Source of the DNA: Bythopirellula sp.
GTDB taxonomy: Bacteria; Planctomycetota; Planctomycetia; Pirellulales; Lacipirellulaceae
Assembly (NCBI GenBank): GCA_965216565.1
Contig: OZ244170.1
Location: 4,960,001-5,024,000, forward strand
Direction of reading: 5' to 3'
DNA: 64,000 nucleotides
A program made the position numbers and the translations under genes. Of the stretch, positions 47,865 to 57,859 are shown one piece after another (positions within the stretch are counted from its first letter, which is position 1; every line of letters starts with the position of its first letter). Under the pieces are notes generated by a model. That model ran no database searches and was not told the origin of the DNA. It saw nothing but the letters and a program-made list of their open reading frames with translations.

Positions 47865-50800
47865 CTAAGAGGAAATGCGATCCTGGGGAAGATCTCGCCG
47901 CAATTTACGCAGCTTCGCGTGCAGAGCCGCATGCGGGCCCTCTAGCACTTCCCGTTCGAGCTGCTCCTTGGACATTCCGCTTTTCTCAATGGCGGCGATG
48001 AGCTCGCGCTCTCGTTGCAGGTCCAACGGAGACTCCGCGTCTGTCGCCTGTTCCTCGACAATGTCCTCTTCCGGATCTTCCGGCTGCTGTTCGGGCTGCG
48101 ACTCTAGCTTGCTCGATTCCTGAGGCTCTACCGTTTCGCCTGGTTCAAGCGATTCAGACTCCTCAGGATCGATGGCTGTCACCTTGGTGCCCAATCCGAA
48201 GAAGTAGCCTAGCGGACTCATCAACAACGCTGGCAGCAACAGCAAGTCGCCAATCAACGCCGCAGCGAGCATCGAAATCATCAGGTAGCCGAATTGCTGA
48301 GTCGGAGTAAACGTGCTGGTGGCAAACACAGCCAGACCCAGCCCGCCAATTAGGGTGGTTTGGGTCATTGCCGTGGCGCAACGATCGTACGACAGCATGA
48401 TGGAGTCGCGGCGGTTCATGCCCATGGCAATTCCACGTCGGAACCAGGTGAGGAAGTGGATGGTATCGTCCACCGCCACACCCAGGGCAACACTGGCGGT
48501 CATCATGATGCCGATGTCGACTTTGATTCCCAGCCAACCGAGTGCGCCGAAAATAATGACGATTGGGAACATGTTGGGAATCATCGAGATGACTCCCGCG
48601 ATGGGGCTCCGCAGCACAATCATTAGAACGAAGGAGATCAACACGGTTGCCCACATGATGCTCTCGAACAAACTCTTGAGCAACTCACGTTGCGTCTTAT
48701 AGACCAACGGCACCATGCCGGTGTAGACGGCGCGGATGGGTCGAGGTCCATCATCCAAGGCCAGTGGTGTTGAGGCTGGTAGGTCGGAGGTGGGAATATC
48801 CGTTACATCGATCACCAGCAGCCCGCCGTCGGCCAACTGTTTGGCCATGGGATCGCTGCCCGCTGAGACTAAGATCAGTGCATCGGGCTCACTTAATTTC
48901 TCAATAGCTGCGTCTAGAATCTTGGGATTGTCTGCGTGTTCGTCGAGGAGAGCGAGATTGAAGTAGGAAATGTCCGGAATGACTTTGCCGCTGGGCAATG
49001 TCTCTGGACGAATGCCGCTGTGTTGCAGCAACTTGGCCAGCAGAGCTTCCTGGGTGTTTGGACCGGGCGCTTGTTTCGTGCCGGTTGATCGATAGAGAAT
49101 ATAGACCTGCCCGCCAGCGATCTGCTTGCCATTTTCGTGGAGCTTCTCGACGATTTTATCGCGTTGGGCGTAAGCCAGGAGAACAGGATCGACGGCGCTC
49201 TTCAAGTCGTCCACAAAAATGCCGTAGTCGACCGTCTTACCATTAACGTTGAGCGCAGCCACCCGGGCACTCATCCGCCAAAGTTCGCGCTGGCCCTGAT
49301 CAGGATCTTCAGAATCCCCATTGCTCTCGACTCGTAAGTAGTCGTGTTCGAGCAGCGTGTCTCGATTCTCTTCCAGACGTTTGTTCTTTTCGTAGTCGAC
49401 ACCGCGGTCAGCACTGCCGAACCCAGAGTCTGTGCTTTCAGGGGTGAATGTAGCCACCGAAAGCACCCGACTTATCTCGGGCATACTCTCAAAGCGATTC
49501 TGAATGACCCGCATCATCTCGAGCCGTTCAATCATCGTCATCCGATATTGCTTGCCATCCGCTTCAGCGTGCTCATCGGCGGAGCGGATTTTTTCGGGCG
49601 GAACCGAGAGCACCACCTCCATCGGGACGAGATTCCCAAGATTCTCTTCCAGCCAGGCGTAGTCGTGGATCAGATCGGTTTCTTCATCCAGCAGCTTCAG
49701 CAACTGGACTTCCGTGCCAATCATCGTGAAGCCGTAGGCGAAAACACTCATCGTGATGAACCAAAACAGACAAACCCAGGCGTAACGGCCGACGATCATG
49801 TCGAACAATCGACGGGCCCAGTCAGGCAGGTGCTTTTTGCCCTGTCCGCCGCCAGATTGTCGGGCCACTAGCTTGTCGCTGATCGGAAAGCGATGCAGGA
49901 ACACCGGCAATACGGTAAACAACACCGCCACGGTGCCCATCACCGCAATAGCGGTGAACATGCCAAACTTCTTGATCGGGAGGATGTCGCTGGTATACAG
50001 CGAACCCAGACCCACCGCTGTGGTGAACGCGGCTAGGGTGCAAGGTGCCCAACCGAAACGGACTGCCGACTCGGCCGCGTCGTGCAAGCCACTTTCGCGG
50101 CGCGCATCGCGGTAATAATTCACAATGTGGATGGCACCGGAAAGCCCCAGCACATAGACCACCGCCGGCATTGACATCAATATCGCGTCGACCGTCCCCA
50201 ACCGCGGCGAAGGCATGCCAAGTGCCATGACTTCAACGAGCACGCCGAAGTAGAAGACCACTGCCAAACTCATGCCGGCGCTCAGCACACCCACTGCAAA
50301 AACGATGCTGGTGAGCTTCAGGCTACGGAAACACCAATAAGAAAGCCCCACGCCGACAAATCCCGAAAGCAGCGCCAATCGCACCAGGGTTGCTTCGCCC
50401 TCTTTGTCGATCGTAATGTTATCGACCGGCGGGCCGCCCATGTGAATGGTGTCGGGATCAATCGCGCAATCGGTTGCCGCTACGGTTTCGATGTTCTCGA
50501 TAGCAGCCCGCATGGTTTTGTTGTCGCTGGTTGCTTCCTCAGAGAGATAAACAATCAGACAGGTCACCCGCGACTCGTTGCCCATCGATTCGCCGTCTTC
50601 GTCCAACTGCGGCGGACCAACGAGCGCACCTTCCAAGCGTTTGACGGCATCGGAGTAATCGAGCGACAAAGGCGGGGCGGTCAAACGCTCCAACTCACCC
50701 GGGCCTGTGATGACCTTCTTGTACCAACTAGCACGTTGGTGCAGTGGTGACTCAGGGTCGGCCTTGGCCAGTACCTTTTCGCTAGGCACCAATTGTCGCG

Positions 50801-51074
50801 CGAGTCGGTTGAGCTTCTCTGTGTCGCCCAGCGTGCAGCCGTCCCAGCTCACGAGGGCAAACTGCTCTCCCACAAAGTGATCGCGAAACCATTGCAAGTC
50901 CAGGGATTCGGCATACGTAGGAGGTAGCCAATCCTCGGCCTTGTTCGTATTGGTTTCGATCGCTTTACGCGTACCGCGAGGAATAAAGGCCACCAGGAAG
51001 GCGGCCATCATGGCAATCAAGAAATAGTTGGGCTGACCCAGCGTCTTGCGTGCCAAAAATGAAGGTTGCTTCAT
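47865..51074 (-). CDS. MMPL/RND family transporter
   Basis: Two repeats of 1 TM + large loop + 5 TM; TTAVG.GSL..S.I.PI..FG, MIPN.FP, ALGVAVDDTIH, LIGDLLLLPAL. Confidence 0.9.
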   Translation of the reverse strand: MKQPSFLARKTLGQPNYFLIAMMAAFLVAFIPRGTRKAIETNTNKAEDWLPPTYAESLDLQWFRDHFVGEQFALVSWDGCTLGDTEKLNRLARQLVPSEKVLAKADPESPLHQRASWYKKVITGPGELERLTAPPLSLDYSDAVKRLEGALVGPPQLDEDGESMGNESRVTCLIVYLSEEATSDNKTMRAAIENIETVAATDCAIDPDTIHMGGPPVDNITIDKEGEATLVRLALLSGFVGVGLSYWCFRSLKLTSIVFAVGVLSAGMSLAVVFYFGVLVEVMALGMPSPRLGTVDAILMSMPAVVYVLGLSGAIHIVNYYRDARRESGLHDAAESAVRFGWAPCTLAAFTTAVGLGSLYTSDILPIKKFGMFTAIAVMGTVAVLFTVLPVFLHRFPISDKLVARQSGGGQGKKHLPDWARRLFDMIVGRYAWVCLFWFITMSVFAYGFTMIGTEVQLLKLLDEETDLIHDYAWLEENLGNLVPMEVVLSVPPEKIRSADEHAEADGKQYRMTMIERLEMMRVIQNRFESMPEISRVLSVATFTPESTDSGFGSADRGVDYEKNKRLEENRDTLLEHDYLRVESNGDSEDPDQGQRELWRMSARVAALNVNGKTVDYGIFVDDLKSAVDPVLLAYAQRDKIVEKLHENGKQIAGGQVYILYRSTGTKQAPGPNTQEALLAKLLQHSGIRPETLPSGKVIPDISYFNLALLDEHADNPKILDAAIEKLSEPDALILVSAGSDPMAKQLADGGLLVIDVTDIPTSDLPASTPLALDDGPRPIRAVYTGMVPLVYKTQRELLKSLFESIMWATVLISFVLMIVLRSPIAGVISMIPNMFPIVIIFGALGWLGIKVDIGIMMTASVALGVAVDDTIHFLTWFRRGIAMGMNRRDSIMLSYDRCATAMTQTTLIGGLGLAVFATSTFTPTQQFGYLMISMLAAALIGDLLLLPALLMSPLGYFFGLGTKVTAIDPEESESLEPGETVEPQESSKLESQPEQQPEDPEEDIVEEQATDAESPLDLQRERELIAAIEKSGMSKEQLEREVLEGPHAALHAKLRKLRRDLPQDRISS

Positions 51075-51471
51075 CGGCTTGTCAGCATCATGTTCTTCGA
51101 CCTATAGGGTCGATGAGAGTTCCCATACCACAAGATGGGCGGGCAACTCCAAAGGAATTCGGACGACCAGTCAGAGGGCGCCAGCCACGCAAATATCCCA
51201 ATTCGCTATCGGGGCAAGCACTCGTCTGCTGAAAGATAGGCTAACGAGAAATGCTGCGCAAGTCTACGCCGAGTAGCCGCTATCTAATGGGTAAACCGCC
51301 CGGATTTGGCAAGAATTTAGGCTTAGTACGGCTAGTGTATCCCGGTAGCCGATTCTCTGCATTGCGAAAAAGGCGGCCCGTTCTCGTGGTCCGCCGAATC
51401 TTAGTTGCCAGCAGGCACAACTTCAGGCCTTCAGGGCAGCTGTGCTAGCAGCAGAGATGTCTGCTGACTCC

Positions 51472-52881
51472 CTACCAGTAACCTTCAAATCCCAGGCCGC
51501 CACCCATCCAGGTCGACTCGCCACTGGAATTGATCATGGTCGGACCACCCGTATTGAAAGGTTGCGGGAATTGACTCGGTGCAATGGCTACAGACGAAAC
51601 GAACATGAATTCGAAACTAGCCCGCAGCGAGAAGTTTGGTTTGATGTGATATCTACCCACCAAAGCCGCTTCCCCAATAAAGCTAAGTTGATCTGCTTCC
51701 AATGCCACATCATTAAGAATGTCATCATCGGCAGCACTTAGATTCTGGGTTCGAGAGAACACGGTATGCATGTCAATCATATTCAGATACAAGCCGCCTT
51801 TGCTCTCCAAACCTGCGCTCCACCGTGCCGTCTCGAACATCCCGCTCAAACCGAGCTGTGTACCGATCAAATCGTTATCAGTGCGAACCAAGACAGACCC
51901 TAAGTCGTCGTCGACATTTTCTTGTGTGGTGGCGTCTCCATCGGGATCGATGGTAGCGTTCCAATCGAAGTTTTCGGTAAGGTCGAAAAATCGCAGGCCT
52001 GCCAGATACGAATAGCTGAAGGTCGGTCCAGCGCGGCGTACCCATTGGCCACTCGGCTCCATCTCCATGCGATCTTTTCGCAGTCGATCCTTCACCAAGT
52101 AGTTCAACTCGAAACTATTGAACCGGCTGTCGTAGCGAAAGTTGGTCGAAGTAGCGCCATCAAACGAAGTATTGCCGTTGTCGACAAGGATCGGGACCTG
52201 TAGCGACGTACTTCCCACGTCGTTGTTAGGGTTGAAGGCCAACATCCCTTCTTCGGTCCATTCTCCGCCACCATAGATAGTGAATTCCGTAGTATGATCG
52301 CGATTGTGATGGTCGCGAAATAAGAAATGGCCAAGCGTAAGTCGAGGTGCTCCTTCCGCACCTGGCTTTCGGCCATTCACGCGTAGTTGATTCTCCGTAT
52401 TGACGACGCCGCCAAATTGAACTTGTGTGATGCCAACGATTTGATTGGCCAACACAATTGCGTCACGACTCCACTTGCGATTGGAAATCACTGCGTCGAC
52501 CTCGGCATACCAAAAGCCCCGCCGCAACCAGCTGCCTGTGCTCTCTAGCACCGGCTGGTCGCAGTGGTAGGTATTGCCATAGTCGGTGTAGATGTCTGGA
52601 CTAAAGCTTTCGCCTTGGATCACGGAATCACCCGAGGCAGAGCTAGGTACAGAATCTGACCTGTACGAGTTGCCATCGGCGCTCGGCACGCCATCCTCGA
52701 TGATCTCGCCTGAAGCACCTGGCATCGGAGGAAGCGCCAAGTCTGGCGTCATCCCATCCATTTCCATTTGGCCTTCCATCACCATTTGGTCTGGCGATAT
52801 CAAGAGTTCTTGGGCGATTGCCCCCTGCTGTGCAGTGGCCGTCGACAGTCCCGTAACTAGCAGTGCGATGAGTTTTTTCAC
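51472..52881 (-). CDS. Outer-membrane beta-barrel protein (BBP7-like)
   Basis: GTG start with GGGAG RBS and signal peptide; alternating amphipathic strands (S.FNSFELN, LAGLRFF.L.E, TDN.L.G.QLG); aromatic C-terminus GFEGYW. Confidence 0.8.
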   Translation of the reverse strand: MKKLIALLVTGLSTATAQQGAIAQELLISPDQMVMEGQMEMDGMTPDLALPPMPGASGEIIEDGVPSADGNSYRSDSVPSSASGDSVIQGESFSPDIYTDYGNTYHCDQPVLESTGSWLRRGFWYAEVDAVISNRKWSRDAIVLANQIVGITQVQFGGVVNTENQLRVNGRKPGAEGAPRLTLGHFLFRDHHNRDHTTEFTIYGGGEWTEEGMLAFNPNNDVGSTSLQVPILVDNGNTSFDGATSTNFRYDSRFNSFELNYLVKDRLRKDRMEMEPSGQWVRRAGPTFSYSYLAGLRFFDLTENFDWNATIDPDGDATTQENVDDDLGSVLVRTDNDLIGTQLGLSGMFETARWSAGLESKGGLYLNMIDMHTVFSRTQNLSAADDDILNDVALEADQLSFIGEAALVGRYHIKPNFSLRASFEFMFVSSVAIAPSQFPQPFNTGGPTMINSSGESTWMGGGLGFEGYW

Positions 52882-53140
52882 CGGTCTCGCTCCCTTAACA
52901 CATTTTCTATGCCAGGCATCGAACAGAGCCTGGATTACATCCAAGGCTTACATCGTCCCCGGAAACTGCCAGGATGCAGGAATAACCGTTAGAATTAGAA
53001 AAAACACTATAATCCCGAGACTCAGGTCTTTTTCCCTACTCCCCTAGAATGGCCCAGTTTGAAAATCTGCCCATTTCGGACTGCTATCAAGGACAAGCTT
53101 TGCTAGCTTGTCGACCGGCCCCCAGAACGAAACAATCCGG

Positions 53141-53182
53141 GGAGAGCGGGGAGCGGAGAGCCTAGAGCCTAGAGCCAGCAGC
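53141..53182. repeat. Heptamer tandem repeat (6 units, consensus nnAGAGC)
   Basis: GGAGAGC GGGGAGC GGAGAGC CTAGAGC CTAGAGC CAGCAGC; same family as 35766-35807. Confidence 0.8.
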
Positions 53183-53234
53183 CAAAACCCAGTACTTATA
53201 TCAATCAAACTTCAAACTTAAAAAGGATCCCACC

Positions 53235-54290
53235 ATGCCTTCTTCCCTGCGTTCGCTAATCGACGCCGGCACGAAACTTTGGCTCGACTCGGTCGACCCC
53301 GACTTGGTTGCCACCAACCGCGACCTGGGGGCGACCGGTGCCACGTCCAATCCCATCATCATTAGCAACCTTATCAAGTCGGGACGCTACGACAGCGATT
53401 TGGAAACGCTTCTACAGAACGACGATCTATCAAACGAAGACGCCGCTTGGGCGCTCACCGATCAGGTTGTTTCAGCCGCGCAGGAAGTATTTCAGCCCGT
53501 CTGGGAATCCACCTCCGGCAACGATGGCTATGTCAGTTTCGAAGTCGACCCACTCCTTGAAGATCCAGAGCGCAATCTTCCCCATGCGGAGCGCGTCGCT
53601 CAATACAAAGAGCTGGGCGTCAAATGGTCTGAGGGTCATAAGAATCGGATGATCAAGGTCCCCGCCACGTCGGCGGGGCTCGAATCGCTCGAGCACTTGG
53701 CCGCGCAGGGTGTTCCGCTAAACGTCACGTTGATCTTCACACTCCGCCAGTACAAAGCAGCCCGTGATGCCATTTGGCGAGGCGCACAGCAGCTGGACTC
53801 CCTCGACAAGTTCAAGAGTGTTTACAGCATCTTCGTCTCGCGTGTGGATGTGTATACCGAACAGCATGCGGCTGATCTGTCCGACGATGCCCAAGGCTTG
53901 GTCGGGATCGTCAACGCCAAACAACTATGGCAAGAGAACCAACAGTTTTGGGCCGACAAGCAAACCCCTCTCGAGCAGGAAATCATCTTCGCCAGCACCG
54001 GCACCAAAAAGCCGGAAGACCCACCTTGGAAGTACGTCGAAGCCCTCGCAGGGAGCGACATTCAAACCAACCCACCCGCCACCAACGAAGCCATCGAAGA
54101 GAGCGATCTCACCTTCTCACGCACAGTAGGTGAGATGCCCTCTGAGGCGATCGTTGCAGAGATTGCCCAGAAGGTGAACATCGAACACCTAGAAGAAACA
54201 CTAATGCGCGAGGGCGTCAAAAAATTCGCCGATCCCCAGCAAGCGTTGCTAAAATTGATCGAAGAAAAGAATGCCTCGCTCGCGAATTAG
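53235..54290 (+). CDS. tal: Transaldolase
   Basis: [28 protein letters not shown] (Schiff-base Lys), NVTLIF, SIFVSR.D, ASTGTK. Confidence 0.93.
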   Translation: MPSSLRSLIDAGTKLWLDSVDPDLVATNRDLGATGATSNPIIISNLIKSGRYDSDLETLLQNDDLSNEDAAWALTDQVVSAAQEVFQPVWESTSGNDGYVSFEVDPLLEDPERNLPHAERVAQYKELGVKWSEGHKNRMIKVPATSAGLESLEHLAAQGVPLNVTLIFTLRQYKAARDAIWRGAQQLDSLDKFKSVYSIFVSRVDVYTEQHAADLSDDAQGLVGIVNAKQLWQENQQFWADKQTPLEQEIIFASTGTKKPEDPPWKYVEALAGSDIQTNPPATNEAIEESDLTFSRTVGEMPSEAIVAEIAQKVNIEHLEETLMREGVKKFADPQQALLKLIEEKNASLAN

Positions 54291-54324
54291 CCCAATTCAG
54301 GGGCGCTAAAACAAGATTCCGATC

Positions 54325-54351
54325 AGCCGGAGGCAGGTGTGGCTCCGGCTA
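54325..54351. repeat. Family A single hairpin
   Basis: Reverse complement TAGCCGGAGCCACACCTGCCTCCGGCT has two mismatches to 8995-9019. Confidence 0.75.
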
Positions 54352-54388
54352 GTTAGCGATGTGCCCCACAACGATTGATATTCACTTC

Positions 54389-55351
54389 ATGCTTCGGTTT
54401 TTTATTACGGCCTCTCTGTTAATACTTGGGACCTCACTGTCGGAGGGGCAGCAAGCAAGCGAGGACTTCCCGCACCGAGTTGCGTCTGAGCACTTGCCCA
54501 ACGTGGTAAGAGTCCATCCCCAGATTCTCTCGGGTGGATTGCCCGCGAGTAACGAGGCCTTCCGCGAACTTCACTCTCGCGGCATCAAGACCATCATCAG
54601 TGTCGATGGAATGACACCGGACGTGGAGACGGCCAGAAAGTACGGCCTCCGCTATGTTCACTTGCCACACGGGTACGATGGAATTCCAGCAGAGCGCGTC
54701 CAGGAACTTGCCAAGGCTGTTCGGGAACTCCCGGCGCCGATTTACATCCACTGTCACCATGGCCAGCACCGTAGTGCCGCTGCCGCGAGTGTGGCCTGCG
54801 TCGCAAGTGGATTGATTCCCAGTTCCCAGAGCCTGAATGTCCTAGAACTCGCCGGTACGAGCCCGCACTACCGAGGATTGTACGAATCGGTTCGGCAGGT
54901 CCAACCGTTTGAGGCCACTCAATTGCGAGAGCTTAAGGTCGAGTTCAAAGAAAAAGTTGAGATACCGCCAATGGCCCAGGCAATGGTCGACATCGAGCGC
55001 ACCCACCATCATCTTCAGCTCATTGCGGCGTCGGACTGGCAATCCCCGCCCGCACACCCCGACCTCGACCCAGCCCACGAAGCCTTGTTGCTCAAGGAGC
55101 ATTTTGCCGAACTACTGCGCACCGATTCGGTGCAAGAGCAGCCGGAGGAGTTTCGCATGCTGCTCGAAGAATCGGCACGGGCAAGCCAGGCCCTGGAGCA
55201 CGCGCTCCGCCAACAGATCGACACTGCGTCGGATAGCAACTTATCGGATAGCAAGTCGCTAGAGAGCATCCATCGACTGAGTGACAACATCGCCACCCGC
55301 TGCACGGCGTGTCACCAACAGTTCCGCGACCTGCCACGCGAAGTCGATTGA
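54389..55351 (+). CDS. Secreted protein: CX5R phosphatase-fold domain fused to a cytochrome c'-like domain
   Basis: Signal peptide; SGG.P...F..L...GIKTIISV...YVHLP...PIYIHCHHGQHRS; helical C-terminal half ending CTACHQQFRD. Confidence 0.8.
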   Translation: MLRFFITASLLILGTSLSEGQQASEDFPHRVASEHLPNVVRVHPQILSGGLPASNEAFRELHSRGIKTIISVDGMTPDVETARKYGLRYVHLPHGYDGIPAERVQELAKAVRELPAPIYIHCHHGQHRSAAAASVACVASGLIPSSQSLNVLELAGTSPHYRGLYESVRQVQPFEATQLRELKVEFKEKVEIPPMAQAMVDIERTHHHLQLIAASDWQSPPAHPDLDPAHEALLLKEHFAELLRTDSVQEQPEEFRMLLEESARASQALEHALRQQIDTASDSNLSDSKSLESIHRLSDNIATRCTACHQQFRDLPREVD

Positions 55352-55593
55352 AACTGGTCCTAGCAACAAATAGCCGCGATCTGACAGATCGCCGGAAGCC
55401 CCTGCGGCTCATAGAATCGCGGCTATTATTTCTCGCACCTCTATAAGAAGTCCCAGCGGGCCTATCCCTCAGCAGTCTCAGCCGTGGGTCGTCGATCCCC
55501 ACCGCATTTGCTACCATCAATAGTTTGAAATCACACGCGCCCAGCCGCCGAGCCACGCTCGGCACGGCCCGCCGACCAAGGACAGATATCCCC

Positions 55594-57759
55594 ATGGCAA
55601 TCAACCCTTACTCACTCTGCCCCTGCGGTAGCGGGAAAAAACTAAAATTCTGCTGTGGGGATCTCGCGGCGGAGATCGAAAAAATCTACCAGATGATTCA
55701 GGGCGACCAACCCCGTGGTGCGCTCAAGCATGTCGAGCAGTTGCTGGAGAAAACGCCCGACCAAGGTTCCCTGCTCGACCTCCGTAGTTCCTTGGAGCTT
55801 TCCCTCCACGAATTCGAAGCGGCCCGCGACACCGTGGCTACGTTTGTCAAAGCGCATCCCGACTCCGCGTCGGCACACGCCCAGCGGGCGATCTTAGTTG
55901 CCGCTACCGAGTCGGGCACTGCTGCCATCGCCCCGTTGCAAGATGCGTTGGAACTCCTAGAGAAAGACATGCCCCTGCGGGTACTCGAAGCCATCGGCGC
56001 CGTTGGCCAGGCGCTGTTGGTCGAAGGCCAACTCGTCGCGGCACGAGGACATCTGTTGCTTTACGCGGGGATCGCACCAGAGGAAGACAATCGTGGCCTC
56101 GAACTGCTGATGCGGATGAATCTGCAAGCCGGTCTGCCGCTCTTGCTCCGCGACTACTTAGTGTTGAGCGAATGCCCCCACGACGCCGAGTGGCGAGAGC
56201 CCTACCTAGAAGCTTTGCGAAACTCAGCACGCGGACTTTGGCGCAAGAGTGCCGACATCTTGATTGCCGCGATCAAAAAGCACGGCATGGCTCCCGAAAT
56301 GGTCTACAGTCTGGCGCTGCTGCAAGGTTGGTTGGGAAACACAGACGCCTTTGTAGCGGGCCTGCACAAGTACGCCATGTTCGAAGTGCCGACCGACGAT
56401 GCCGTCGAAGCCGAGGCCTTGGCCCAACTTCTCGATACGAATGTCGACGAGCTCAAGATCGAAACCGCGCGAACAGTCTTCGCTATCGAAGACGAGGCCG
56501 CGCTCGAAGAAAAACTTCGTGCAGACTCCCGCATCGAGGACTACCAACTCGAACCGCCCGCGTCGGGAGAAGAAGACGCCCCGCGGCCCCGTAGCAGCTA
56601 TATCCTCTTGGATCGTGAACCGCCAGAATCGGGCGCCTCCATCGAAAGAGGCGACGTGCCGCAGGTGATGGGCTTCCTTTCCCTGTTTGGCAAACGAACC
56701 GATCGCCCGGCGCAGCTAGAAATAACCGCCGATCGCAGCGGGGAGAAATCGGGTGAACAGCAAGACGAATCCGAGAAACTCTTGCGAGAAATTTTGGGCG
56801 ACGATCTGGGCGAGGTGATCGAGAGCGACGTTGTTAATGAAAAGTCGCTAAGCGAAGAATCGCTCAGTTGGCGTTGGCGTTTGCCGGACGATACACCCAT
56901 GGAACTCCGCCGACAGTTGCTCGCAGAACAACGGGCCGAAGCTGTGCTGGAACACTGGACCGCCGCACCGCGCGGCGCACTCCTCGGCAAGTCCCCCTTG
57001 GAAGCCTCCGACGATGAAAAACTGCGCGTTCCTTTGCTCGCCAGTGTCCTGATTATCGAGCAGGCAGCGGAAGATCCGAAAGAGCTCAAGTTGTTCGAGA
57101 AGCTTCGAGACAAACTCAAGCTACCTGCAGCCGAGGAGATCGATCCAACGAATATCGAAGTTCAGAATGTGCCGCTCGTACGAATTCCTCGTTTGCGGTT
57201 GGGTGATGTCGCGGCCGAGAATCTTTCGCCACTATTGGAACGAACCGTACTGATGGGAGCCAACTTGGCGACCCTCCTCGTGGCCACTGAAATTGTTGAG
57301 CGGGAAGACTTGCCCGAAGACTTCGATTTGGCAGGTGCGTATCGTAGACTTATTCGATTGGAGCCCGACGTGGGACGTCGTCTGCATTGGGTTCAGCAGG
57401 CGCGGTCGTGGTCGAAGTCGCAGGATCAATCCGAAGCGGAATGGTCGCTGCTGGAATTGGAAATGTCGATCGAACAGGGCGACCCAACGCGGGTGCAATC
57501 GTTGTTGGGCGAACTCCGCGAACGGCACATGGAAGAACCGGGCGTGGCGGAGGCAATCTACAAGATGCTGTATCAGGCAGGACTCATCGATCCCTCCCAA
57601 ATGGCGGGTCAGCCCATGCCTGCAATGCCGGGCATGGCCGAGCCCGTGGGCGCCGCCAAAGCAACCAGCGAACCCTCTGGAATTTGGACCCCAGGCAGCG
57701 ATGCACCGCAAAGCTCCGACTCAGCCGGTGGCGATAAACCCGCCATCTGGACGCCTTAG
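55594..57759 (+). CDS. SEC-C motif and TPR-like domain protein
   Basis: N-terminal CPCGSGKKLKFCC, helical repeats, C-terminal tail with IWTP twice. Confidence 0.85.
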   Translation: MAINPYSLCPCGSGKKLKFCCGDLAAEIEKIYQMIQGDQPRGALKHVEQLLEKTPDQGSLLDLRSSLELSLHEFEAARDTVATFVKAHPDSASAHAQRAILVAATESGTAAIAPLQDALELLEKDMPLRVLEAIGAVGQALLVEGQLVAARGHLLLYAGIAPEEDNRGLELLMRMNLQAGLPLLLRDYLVLSECPHDAEWREPYLEALRNSARGLWRKSADILIAAIKKHGMAPEMVYSLALLQGWLGNTDAFVAGLHKYAMFEVPTDDAVEAEALAQLLDTNVDELKIETARTVFAIEDEAALEEKLRADSRIEDYQLEPPASGEEDAPRPRSSYILLDREPPESGASIERGDVPQVMGFLSLFGKRTDRPAQLEITADRSGEKSGEQQDESEKLLREILGDDLGEVIESDVVNEKSLSEESLSWRWRLPDDTPMELRRQLLAEQRAEAVLEHWTAAPRGALLGKSPLEASDDEKLRVPLLASVLIIEQAAEDPKELKLFEKLRDKLKLPAAEEIDPTNIEVQNVPLVRIPRLRLGDVAAENLSPLLERTVLMGANLATLLVATEIVEREDLPEDFDLAGAYRRLIRLEPDVGRRLHWVQQARSWSKSQDQSEAEWSLLELEMSIEQGDPTRVQSLLGELRERHMEEPGVAEAIYKMLYQAGLIDPSQMAGQPMPAMPGMAEPVGAAKATSEPSGIWTPGSDAPQSSDSAGGDKPAIWTP

Positions 57760-57780
57760 CCGGAGGCACACTTGACTCTG
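57757..57780. repeat. Degenerate family A hairpin overlapping a stop codon
   Basis: TAGCCGGAGGCACACTTGACTCTG; its TAG is the stop of 55594..57759. Confidence 0.7.
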
Positions 57781-57859
57781 CACAAGAAAAACCGTTTTTC
57801 GATTTTTGCGAAAACACAATCTGTTGTGTCGCTCAAATTTTTTCACACAAGATAAGCTC

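Noticed and set aside
57760..57859. FMN riboswitch upstream of ribD
   Set aside because: The gap is only 100 bp, holds a REP remnant, and lacks the AGGGCGGGGTGAAATTCCC-type FMN consensus.
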